NCBI GenBank assembly: GCA_021803085.1
Contig: JAJZMD010000017.1
Coordinates: 11,393 to 75,392, forward strand
Direction: 5' to 3'
From: Actinomycetes bacterium
GTDB taxonomy: Bacteria; Actinomycetota; Acidimicrobiia; Acidimicrobiales; RAAP-2
Length of the DNA stretch: 64,000 nucleotides
Numbering within the stretch: the first letter of the stretch is position 1; every line of letters starts with the position of its first letter. Shown in pieces: positions 44,696 to 55,056 of this stretch. The notes below the pieces were generated by a model. That model was not told the origin of the DNA, ran no database searches, and saw only the letters and a list, made by a program, of their open reading frames with translations. The position numbers and the translations under genes were made by a program.

Positions 44696-45982
44696 ATGGA
44701 TGACGGCGCACGTCGGAAGCCCGAGACGGGCGACTCGGACGCAAGGGTGTGGGCGGTGAACGGCCGCGCGCTGCGCGTGGTGCGCGCGGCAGATTGGACG
44801 GGCACCGGCCGCGGCGTCTTCTTGGCCGCCGCGGTCACCGTTGTCGGCATCTCTCCCGTCTTCCTGGTCAGCGCCCAGGGCGTCGACGTCGAACGTACCC
44901 TCCGCATGACGGTGGCGGACATCGGCATTGCCGTGGGCGCATTCTCGGGCGCAACTGCGCTCTCGACGGCCGTGCTCGGGCGCGTCGTCCAGCGGATCGG
45001 CATTCGCCGTGGCCTCGTCGGAGCGATGGCAGCGTCCATCGTCGCCTTCGCGTGGATCGCGTTGTCTCGAACACCGCTCGTGCTCTACGGCGCACTCGTG
45101 TTCGCCGGTGCCATCAACGGAGCGGCTCAGCCGAGCGCGAACGCGCTCTTGGCGACGAACCGGGCCCGGCGCCCCGCTCAGGCGTTCGGGATCAAGCAGG
45201 CCTCCGCGACCGGAGCAAGCCTCCTCGCGGGGCTCGTCGTCCCGCTCGTCGCGCTCACCGTGGGATGGCGGTGGTCGTTCGTGGCGATGTGCGTGCCGAG
45301 CACGGGCCTGGCCGCGATCTCCCTCATCTACGTGCCCGACCAACGGAAGGCCGAGCGGGCGCAGCCTCCGAAGAGAATGCGGGACGGACCGGACGTGCCG
45401 ATCGCGGTCTTGGCGGTCGCCGGCGGGTTCGGCGCTGCCGCGGGGAACGCCTTCGCGGCCTTCTTCGTCCTCTACGGCGTCCACTCCCAGCATGTCGCGC
45501 AGTCGACCACTGCACTGATCTTCGCGCTCGCGAGCCTCTCCGGCGTCATCGGTCGTGTGATGAGCGGCCGTGCAGTCGACAGTGCGGGGTTGCCGGCGAC
45601 GGTGCTCGCGGGGTGCCTGGTCATGTGTGGCGTCGCGGGGGACCTTCTGATCGCGTCGACGCCATTCGGGACCATCGGGTCGTTGGTCGTGGGGGGCGTG
45701 GTGGCGGTCGGCCTCGGCTGGGCATGGCCCGGGCTGATCCACTTCGACGTCGCCAGCCGGGATCCCCGCCGCGCGGCCCGGTCGACCGGCGTCGTCTTGA
45801 CCGGCTTCGCGACGGGAGCATGTGTCGGTCCGCTGCTGCTCGGCGAGCTCGCGCGGGCGTCCGGCTTCGGGATGCTCTGGCGGGTCGTCGCCGTCCTGAA
45901 CTTGGCAGCGGGTCTCGTCCTTCTCGTCGGCACCCGCCTCTCTCGACGGTCGGCGCTCGTCTCCACACTGTCCGAGCCGTGA
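44696..45982 (+). CDS. MFS transporter
   Basis: 428 aa, about 12 predicted TM segments. The start could be the GTG at 44744. Confidence 0.75.
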   Translation: MDDGARRKPETGDSDARVWAVNGRALRVVRAADWTGTGRGVFLAAAVTVVGISPVFLVSAQGVDVERTLRMTVADIGIAVGAFSGATALSTAVLGRVVQRIGIRRGLVGAMAASIVAFAWIALSRTPLVLYGALVFAGAINGAAQPSANALLATNRARRPAQAFGIKQASATGASLLAGLVVPLVALTVGWRWSFVAMCVPSTGLAAISLIYVPDQRKAERAQPPKRMRDGPDVPIAVLAVAGGFGAAAGNAFAAFFVLYGVHSQHVAQSTTALIFALASLSGVIGRVMSGRAVDSAGLPATVLAGCLVMCGVAGDLLIASTPFGTIGSLVVGGVVAVGLGWAWPGLIHFDVASRDPRRAARSTGVVLTGFATGACVGPLLLGELARASGFGMLWRVVAVLNLAAGLVLLVGTRLSRRSALVSTLSEP

Positions 45983-46071
45983 TCGACGTGCACGTCATCG
46001 CGCGCTCGGGGCTGAGCCAGGCCGAGCACGGCGGCGGAGCGGTCGACGCCGGAGAGGGCGCGCGCCCCTGA
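45982..46071 (+). pseudogene. orphan 3'-end fragment of a KdpD-N/Usp-type gene (right copy of the 79-bp direct repeat plus own stop)
   Basis: Codes IDVHVIARSGLSQAEHGGGAVDAGEGARP*, versus IDVHVIARRGLSQAEHGGGAVDAGEGEVLP* at 14702..14794. There is no matching coding sequence upstream. Confidence 0.8.
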
Positions 46072-46084
46072 CGGCTCCCGGCCG

Positions 46085-48627
<2,543 letters not shown>

Positions 48628-48651
48628 TCAATAAGTCGACATTCGCTGCGA

Positions 48652-48680
48652 GGTGGGCCTGCGGCAATGCCAGGCACACC
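48652..48680 (-). terminator. stem-loop (9/10 bp) about 56 nt after the VOC gene stop
   Basis: GGTGGGCCTG-CGGCAATGC-CAGGCACACC, followed on the minus strand by a short AU-richer stretch. Confidence 0.35.
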
Positions 48681-48735
48681 GCAGCACGGCGATGACGAAG
48701 GAGACAGGTCCGGACCGCCGCCAGGATGCCGAACG

Positions 48736-49170
48736 TCAGCTCGGAGGATCGAGGTCCCGGGGCCGGCGTCGATCCTCGTGACGGATGGTCGGGGTCTTGT
48801 CGCCGACCGACCAGTTGTGCCCGAACGGGTCGCGGAAGCCTCCCTGACGGTGCGCTCCCCAGGGTGCCCTGTGCTCCTCGACGCGGGAACCCAACGTTGC
48901 CCCTGCCAGGAGTGCCCGTTCGAGCACCGCCTCGGGATCGTCGACGAAGAGCTCGATCCGCGCGCTCGTCACACCAGCATCGGCGGGGCTGGTCTCTTCG
49001 CGGTTGTCCGGATTGGCCCCGTGCAGGAAGAAGGGCGCGCCGGCGATCTCGAGCCCGACGACGCTGCCGAGGTCCCAGAGCTCCTCGGCACCGAGCGCTC
49101 GCCGATACCAGTGCTTGGCGCGGGGCGCGTCCGGCACGATGAGCATCACCGAGATCGCGACGTTCCCCAA
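48736..49170 (-). CDS. VOC (glyoxalase/bleomycin-resistance/dioxygenase) family protein
   Basis: About 144 aa from TTG comp(49168..49170), with AAGAAGG 7 nt upstream; the track start is 49227. ISVMLIVPDAPRAKHWYRRALGAEE..FRDPFGHNW. Confidence 0.7.
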   Translation of the reverse strand: MGNVAISVMLIVPDAPRAKHWYRRALGAEELWDLGSVVGLEIAGAPFFLHGANPDNREETSPADAGVTSARIELFVDDPEAVLERALLAGATLGSRVEEHRAPWGAHRQGGFRDPFGHNWSVGDKTPTIRHEDRRRPRDLDPPS

Positions 49171-49424
49171 CGGGGCGCCTTCTTTCGTCGTCGAGACCGG
49201 ACTGCGAAGAGACCCCGTCCGCGCCACCGTCCGGCGGTGGTGTCCGCGACGCTATCTCGGGTCCCGCGTCGCGTCTCGGACCGGGAGAAGCCGGAGGCGG
49301 GCCGGCGCACGGACTTCGTGCCGACCCGGCTGCCGGCGTCCGGAGCACGACGGCAGCTGATCACCGGCCGGGGGTACCGTCTTTCCGAAGAGTTCACCGA
49401 CAGCGACGGAGAAGGACCGAGGAC

Positions 49425-49754
49425 ATGATCGTGTGCGTTCCCGTTGACGGCGGCGGGGCCGTCGATCCGCGATGGGGCAGAGCGGCGCGTGTGGCGCTCG
49501 CGAGCGTCGTGGACGACGCGATCGCCAGCTGGGAGGAGCTCGACGTCGGGTGGGATGCACTTCACGACGCGGAGAGCGAACCCGGGCACCACGCGAGGGT
49601 GGCGCGGTTCCTCCGCGACCACCACGTGGACGTGGTGGTCGCGGACCACATGGGCGGCGGCATGCGCCAGATGCTCGACACGATGCACGTCAGCGTCCAC
49701 CTGGGCGCCGCAGGCGACGCACGGGGCGCAGTGCTCGACGCGGTGCGCAGCTGA
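49425..49754 (+). CDS. NifB/NifX-family (dinitrogenase FeMo-cofactor-binding-like) small protein
   Basis: 109 aa. MIVCVPVDGGG..WGRAARVAL..FLRDHHVDVVVADHMGGGM..MHVSV. Confidence 0.65.
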   Translation: MIVCVPVDGGGAVDPRWGRAARVALASVVDDAIASWEELDVGWDALHDAESEPGHHARVARFLRDHHVDVVVADHMGGGMRQMLDTMHVSVHLGAAGDARGAVLDAVRS

Positions 49755-49805
49755 CGCGTCGGGCGTCAGGGGGCATCAGTGTGCGTTGACGGGCGTCGGG
49801 CGTCG

Positions 49806-49834
49806 GCGTGCGTCAGCGTGCGTCAGCGTGCGTG
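49806..49834. repeat. 10-bp tandem repeat x2.9 (GCGTGCGTCA) overlapping the cyclase gene stop
   Basis: Read directly. Confidence 0.9.
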
Positions 49835-52800
49835 GACCGAGGCGGCCGACGCGGCCCGCGCAAGGAGCGGCGGGCAGCGCAGCTGCTCGGCGATCGCCCT
49901 CGCCTCCGCCAGCGCCTCGTCGACGCCGCCCTCGCCGGCACGCGCCAGCACCTCGGCAAGGTCGATGAGCCCGTGGGCAAGGTGGTAGGGGTTCCCGACC
50001 TCGCGCAACGTGCTGACGGCATCGTGCACGGCAGGCACCGCCGAGGTGGCTGCGGGTTCACCATCGGCCGCGAGGAGAGCAGCCACGAGCTTCCGCAGAG
50101 CACGCAGGATCGGCGGGAGGTGGCCGACGGGGTACGAATCGAGCATCGAGAGAAGCTGGCGGGCCGTGTCGGTGTCGCCGAGCGTCCGCGCGGCGCGGGC
50201 GGCCACCGGCCACGCCCAGCGCTCGCTCTCGTGCCTGATGGCCAGCTCGTCCCGGTGCGTAAGAACCTCGGTTGATCGGGTCAGCGCCTCTCGCTCGTCG
50301 CCTGCCGCTGCGGCGGCGAGCGCCCGCACCAGCCCAAGCACGGCCAGCGCCTGGATGTCGTCCCCCACTGTGACGCTCGACAGTGCGAGGACCGCCGATG
50401 CCGCCCCGTCGGCATCGCCGCGCAGCCCTGCAACGACACCCGCGCAGCGCTGGAGAGCCGGATGAGCGAGAGAGCCTCCCTCGCCGAATGACGAGAGCAC
50501 GGCGAGCGCCTCGTCCCACTCGCCAACCTCGACGAGCGCGATGCTGAGATTGCCCAGCGCGTACGCGAGCAAATCGGACGTCCCGGTCCTGCTCGCGTGG
50601 GTCGCCGCCGATCGCGCCGCCTCGGCAGCACCGCGGGGGTCGACGGGCGCGAGGCAGTCGGAGAGGTTCAGCTGCGCAAGGGCGAGGACGCCGAGGTCGC
50701 CCGCCCGCTCGGCGAGACGCACCGCCGTCTGGTAAGCGCTCTCCGCCTCGATCACGCGGTTCGTCCAGCTGGCTGCGTGGCCCTTGGCGATGAAGAGGCG
50801 GGCCTGAGAGCCGAGCCCGGTGTCGAGCGCCTGCGCCAGCGCGAGCGCCTCTGTCGTGAGCCGCTGCGCCTCGGCCAGGTCTCCTCGCGTCAGCGTGTGA
50901 AGCACGGACGCGTTGACCAGGGCCTCCACGGTGTCGACGTCAGGCCCCTCCCGGAGGACCTCGAGCGCCGCCGCGACCTCATTGCGGCCCTCCGCGCCTC
51001 GCCCGACTCGTCCGAGCGCGAACGCCATCTTCGAGCGCACCCTCGCCGCGGCCCGTGTTAGGCCGACCGCGCCGAACCGCTCGATCGCCTGCGTCGCGCA
51101 CCGGACGGACGCGTCATAGTCGCCGAAGTTCAGGTACATGTCGGCGGCGCGCTCGTACAGCCCCGCCGCCTCGTCGTCAGGTGCGACGGTGGTTGCCTGG
51201 AGGTAGCTCTCGGCGGCGCGTAGCGGCGCCCCGGAACGCTCGGCGCGCTCAGCGGCGCGGATCAGCTGACGCAGTGCCTCTCTCGTGACGTCTGCGACGT
51301 CCGGGTCGCTCGGACCGTAGGAGAGCGCGTCGAGATAGTGCCGGGCGAGGGCGTCCGCGATCTCCTCTGCGTCGTTCGGGAACGCGGACCGCAGGTGCGC
51401 CGCCACGGCCAGGTGCCGTGCCTTGCGGTCCTTCTTGGAAAGCGTCTCGTAGGCCACCTGGCGGAGCATCTCCTGGCTGAAGCAGTAGGCGCCCCGTTCG
51501 GGGGAGAGTGGGTCGGCGATGACCTGGAGCACGTCGCGCTTCACGAGCTCGGAGAGGCCTGCCGTGACGGTCTCCGCACCTGCACCGGCGACCGCGACGA
51601 GCGCATCCTTCGGGAAGGTCGTCCCGAGCACGCTCGCGTCGGCGACGAGGGTGCGCACCTCTGCCGGCAGCGCGTCGAGGCGCGCCGCCAAGAGCGCGTG
51701 GAGGGAGCCCGGCACGCTGAGGGCGCCGAGATCCTGCACGAGGCGGTAGGCGGGGCCGTCGCGCTCGACCACGCCTTGGTCGATGAGCGACCTCACCGTC
51801 TCCACTGCGAAGAGCGGGATCCCCTGGGCCCTGTCGGTGATGACGCCGCGTGCGGCGGGGGGCATCCCCGGGACGAGCGAGTCCACCAGGAGGGTCATCG
51901 ACGCGTCGTCGAGGGGGTCCAGCGAGAGCGTCGTCCGGTTGCGGCCCACGCCGTAGCCCGAATCGATCGCCTCGAGACCGGGACGGGCGAAGAGGATCAC
52001 GAAGATCGAGAGATCCCTCGTCCAGTCGACGAGGTGCTCGAAGAACCCGAGGAGGCTCTGGTCCGCGTACTGGGCGTCCTCGACCAGCATCGCGACCGGG
52101 GCGACCTGGGCGAGACGCTCGAAGAAGAGGCGCCAACCCGCGTAGAGCTCGTCCTGGGAGAAGACCACCTTCGCCTCGGAGGGGTAGGGGACCCCGAGCA
52201 GCCGGGAGAGCCGGATGCCCACGTAGGCGCGCTCGGCCTCGTCCGCGACGTAGCGGACCATGCCCTCGCGCAGCTTCGACGCTGCGACCTCGGTCGGGTC
52301 TTCCTCTGCGATGCCGAAGCGCTGGCGTACGATCTCGGCCAGCGCCCAGAAGGCGACGCCCTCTCCGTAGGAGAGGCAGCGTCCCCGGTGCCAGAGGACC
52401 GTGTCGGCGAGCCCGTCGATGTACTTGTCGAACTCCCACCCGAGCCGCGACTTGCCGACCCCGGCGGGCCCGGAGACGACCACGAGCCGGGGCGTCCTTC
52501 GCTCGACGGAGGCGTGGAAGAGGTCCTTCAACGCCCGGAGCTCGACGTCGCGGCCGGTGAACGGTGCCTCCAGCCCGTCCGCCCGCTTCTTGCCTCCCAC
52601 CCCCGAGAGCACGCGGATGGCCCGGAAGAGCTGCTCGGGGTGCTCCTTCCCCTTCAACTCGAAGTTGCCGGCATCTTCCAACAAGATGGAGGACTCCGAG
52701 AGCCTCCTCGTGGCGGCGTCGACCAGCACCGTGCCGGAGCCGGCGACCGACTGCACCCGGGAGGCGGTGTTCACGGCGTCGCCGGCGACCATGCCCTCGC

Positions 52801-53374
52801 CTTGGGCACCGATGGTGACGGCGACCTCGCCGGTCACGACCCCTGCCCGTGCCGCAAGGTCGGGGGCCCCGACCTCGGCCCCGAGCACGCCGACCGCGCC
52901 CACGAGATCCAAGGCCGCACGGACGGCCCGCTCGGCGTCGCCCTCGTCGGCGACCGGCGTCCCCCACACCGCCATCACGGCGTCACCGATGAACTTCTCC
53001 ACGATCCCGCCGTAGCGGATGACGGTCCTCCGAGCCACGTCGAAGTAGCGCGACAGGATCTCCCGGACCTCTTCGGGATCCTTGGACTCCGAGAGCGGCG
53101 TGAACCCCACCAGGTCGGCGAAGAGGATCGAGCATACCCGGCGCTCGGAGACGGTCCCGGGATCCGTCCCGGCCGTGACGGCGGGGGAAGCACCGGACGC
53201 AGCGAGCCCGTCGGCTCCCACCTCTGCAAGCACGCTCCCGCACTCTCCGCAGAAGGAGAACTGGGCAGCATTGGGCGAACCGCACGAGGGGCACACGCGG
53301 GTCAGGGCGGCTCCGCAGCCGCCGCAGAACTTGCGGCCGATGGGATTCTCGGTCCCGCACGCGCTGCAGCGCAT
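49823..53374 (-). CDS. multidomain signalling protein: double zinc-ribbon + class III adenylate/guanylate cyclase + AAA/STAND ATPase + TPR
   Basis: 1183 aa from ATG comp(53372..53374), with GGAGGG 6 nt upstream. MRCSACGTENP..CGGCG..CPSCG..CGECG; cyclase core ILFADLVGFT..FIGDAVMAVWG; Walker A VVSGPAGVGKSRL; a long helical TPR-like C-terminus; no LuxR HTH. Confidence 0.85.
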   Translation of the reverse strand: MRCSACGTENPIGRKFCGGCGAALTRVCPSCGSPNAAQFSFCGECGSVLAEVGADGLAASGASPAVTAGTDPGTVSERRVCSILFADLVGFTPLSESKDPEEVREILSRYFDVARRTVIRYGGIVEKFIGDAVMAVWGTPVADEGDAERAVRAALDLVGAVGVLGAEVGAPDLAARAGVVTGEVAVTIGAQGEGMVAGDAVNTASRVQSVAGSGTVLVDAATRRLSESSILLEDAGNFELKGKEHPEQLFRAIRVLSGVGGKKRADGLEAPFTGRDVELRALKDLFHASVERRTPRLVVVSGPAGVGKSRLGWEFDKYIDGLADTVLWHRGRCLSYGEGVAFWALAEIVRQRFGIAEEDPTEVAASKLREGMVRYVADEAERAYVGIRLSRLLGVPYPSEAKVVFSQDELYAGWRLFFERLAQVAPVAMLVEDAQYADQSLLGFFEHLVDWTRDLSIFVILFARPGLEAIDSGYGVGRNRTTLSLDPLDDASMTLLVDSLVPGMPPAARGVITDRAQGIPLFAVETVRSLIDQGVVERDGPAYRLVQDLGALSVPGSLHALLAARLDALPAEVRTLVADASVLGTTFPKDALVAVAGAGAETVTAGLSELVKRDVLQVIADPLSPERGAYCFSQEMLRQVAYETLSKKDRKARHLAVAAHLRSAFPNDAEEIADALARHYLDALSYGPSDPDVADVTREALRQLIRAAERAERSGAPLRAAESYLQATTVAPDDEAAGLYERAADMYLNFGDYDASVRCATQAIERFGAVGLTRAAARVRSKMAFALGRVGRGAEGRNEVAAALEVLREGPDVDTVEALVNASVLHTLTRGDLAEAQRLTTEALALAQALDTGLGSQARLFIAKGHAASWTNRVIEAESAYQTAVRLAERAGDLGVLALAQLNLSDCLAPVDPRGAAEAARSAATHASRTGTSDLLAYALGNLSIALVEVGEWDEALAVLSSFGEGGSLAHPALQRCAGVVAGLRGDADGAASAVLALSSVTVGDDIQALAVLGLVRALAAAAAGDEREALTRSTEVLTHRDELAIRHESERWAWPVAARAARTLGDTDTARQLLSMLDSYPVGHLPPILRALRKLVAALLAADGEPAATSAVPAVHDAVSTLREVGNPYHLAHGLIDLAEVLARAGEGGVDEALAEARAIAEQLRCPPLLARAASAASVHAR

Positions 53375-53541
53375 CGACGCCCTCCACATCCGCCGGCGCC
53401 CGGCGCCGGTCCAGCTGCGGCCGAAATTACACGCGCCCTCCTGGGCTCGGAGCCGCCGCCACCGACCGGGGCCGGACCCGACCGGCCGCAATGGAAGACC
53501 TGGATAACCTTTCGTCCCGTGCATCCTTTCGATGAGGTCCC

Positions 53542-54486
53542 GTGCGCTGCGTCGTAGCGGCGGGGGGCGCGGTCGCCTGCGCGGAACGGCCCGATCCGGT
53601 TCCCGGCACCCGCGAGCTGCTCGTGCGCGTGCGGGCGGCGGCGCTGAACGGTGCCGACCTGCACCAGGTCGCCGGGAGGTACCCCGTGCCGCCGGGGCTG
53701 CCGGCCGACCTCCTCGGGATCGAGGCCGCCGGCGTGGTCGAGGCCGCGGGGCCCGGTGTCACCCGCTTCGAGCCGGGAGACCGCGTCATGGCGGTCGTGT
53801 CGGCCGCAGGTCAGGCAGAGCTCGTCGTCGTCCACGAGCGTCTGGCCATGCCCGTGCCCGACAACCTGGGCTGGCCCGAGGCGGGCGGGTTCCCGGAGGT
53901 GTTCACGACGGCCCACGACGCACTGCTCACCCAGTGCGGGCTGCGGACCGGGGAACGAGTACTCGTGAACGGGGCGGCCGGGGGCGTTGGCGTCGCCGCC
54001 GTCCAGATCGCGGTCGCGACCGGCGCGACGGTCGTCGCCGGCGTCCGGTCGGAGCGCCTGCGCCCGGCGCTGGCCGAGCTGGGCGCCACGCCGGCCGAAC
54101 CGCAGGAGGCGTTCGGGCTCGGCCCCTTCGACGTCGTGCTGGAGCTCGTCGGGGCGCCCAACATCGGCGCCGACCTCGAGGCGCTGGCCATCGGCGGCAG
54201 GATCGCGGTGATCGGCGTGAGCGCGGGCTTCCTCGCAGAGTTGGACTTCCGGGTGCTCATGGCCCGTCGCGCCGCGATCCGCGGCTCGACCCTACGGCCC
54301 CGGCCGTTCGAGGAGAAGGCCCTTGCCGCCCGGCTGGTCGAGCGGCACGTGCTGCCGCTCGTCGCGGCAGGCCGGGTGCGCGTCCCCGTCGAAGCGACGT
54401 TCCCGCTCGAGGACTGCGCCGCCGCCTACGAGCGCTTCGCCGCCGGCGGGAAGCTCGGCAAGGTGGTCCTCGTCATCGGCGGATGA
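53542..54486 (+). CDS. NADPH:quinone oxidoreductase / zinc-type alcohol dehydrogenase family (MDR)
   Basis: 314 aa. LVRVRAAALNGADL, GIEAAGVV, VNGAAGGVGVAAVQIA. Confidence 0.8.
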   Translation: MRCVVAAGGAVACAERPDPVPGTRELLVRVRAAALNGADLHQVAGRYPVPPGLPADLLGIEAAGVVEAAGPGVTRFEPGDRVMAVVSAAGQAELVVVHERLAMPVPDNLGWPEAGGFPEVFTTAHDALLTQCGLRTGERVLVNGAAGGVGVAAVQIAVATGATVVAGVRSERLRPALAELGATPAEPQEAFGLGPFDVVLELVGAPNIGADLEALAIGGRIAVIGVSAGFLAELDFRVLMARRAAIRGSTLRPRPFEEKALAARLVERHVLPLVAAGRVRVPVEATFPLEDCAAAYERFAAGGKLGKVVLVIGG

Positions 54487-54940
54487 GAGCTGGGCGCCGC
54501 GCAGGGCCGGCGGCCACCGGAGACGGGTCGACGGGCTCGAGGCGCAGGAGCGGGAACGGACGGCTCGTGCGGGCGAGGTAGAGCCGGACGTGGGGGAAGG
54601 CCCGGTACACCGCGTCGAAGGCGGCGGCGCGCTCGGGACCCTCGAGGAGGACCGGAGTGACCGCGATGCGCCGGTGGTGGCGTTCGATCTCGGCCGGGCT
54701 GCCCGCCACGAGGTTCTTGAACCAGGCGGGATCGGTGTCGGAGCCGGCGTTCGCCCCGCAGACGACCGGTACCCCGTCGAGCTCCACGCAGGCGACGAGG
54801 ACGGCGCGCACCTGCCCGCTGCGGCGGCCCCTGGTCCGCAGCAGCAGCACGTCGGACAGTCCGAGCGCGCAGGCACCGATGCTTGCGCCGACCCAGCGGT
54901 AGCAGGTGACGTCCAGACGGGTCCACAGCCGCGCCGTCAC
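54473..54940 (-). CDS. deazaflavin(F420H2)-dependent nitroreductase-family protein (Ddn/DUF385-like)
   Basis: 155 aa. LLLRTRGRRSGQVR..PAWFKNLVA..PVLLEG. Confidence 0.65.
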   Translation of the reverse strand: MTARLWTRLDVTCYRWVGASIGACALGLSDVLLLRTRGRRSGQVRAVLVACVELDGVPVVCGANAGSDTDPAWFKNLVAGSPAEIERHHRRIAVTPVLLEGPERAAAFDAVYRAFPHVRLYLARTSRPFPLLRLEPVDPSPVAAGPARRPALIRR

Positions 54941-55056
54941 CCGGTCCAGCCGGGCGCGTCGCCGTCCGCTCGGACGCGCCGGGCGGTAGACGCGGGTGCA
55001 GACCCGGGCGGCCTGCGGGCGGTAGCGGGGCTCAGCCGGCGTGGGTCACCACCTCC

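Noticed and set aside
14853-45982. Integrase, excisionase, relaxase or conjugation genes that would make the repeat-bracketed block a classical integrative element.
   Set aside because: Every CDS between the repeats has a metabolic, transport or regulatory assignment, and none resembles a recombinase. The only transposase-like sequence in the window is the remnant at 62.2-63.6 kb, outside the block.
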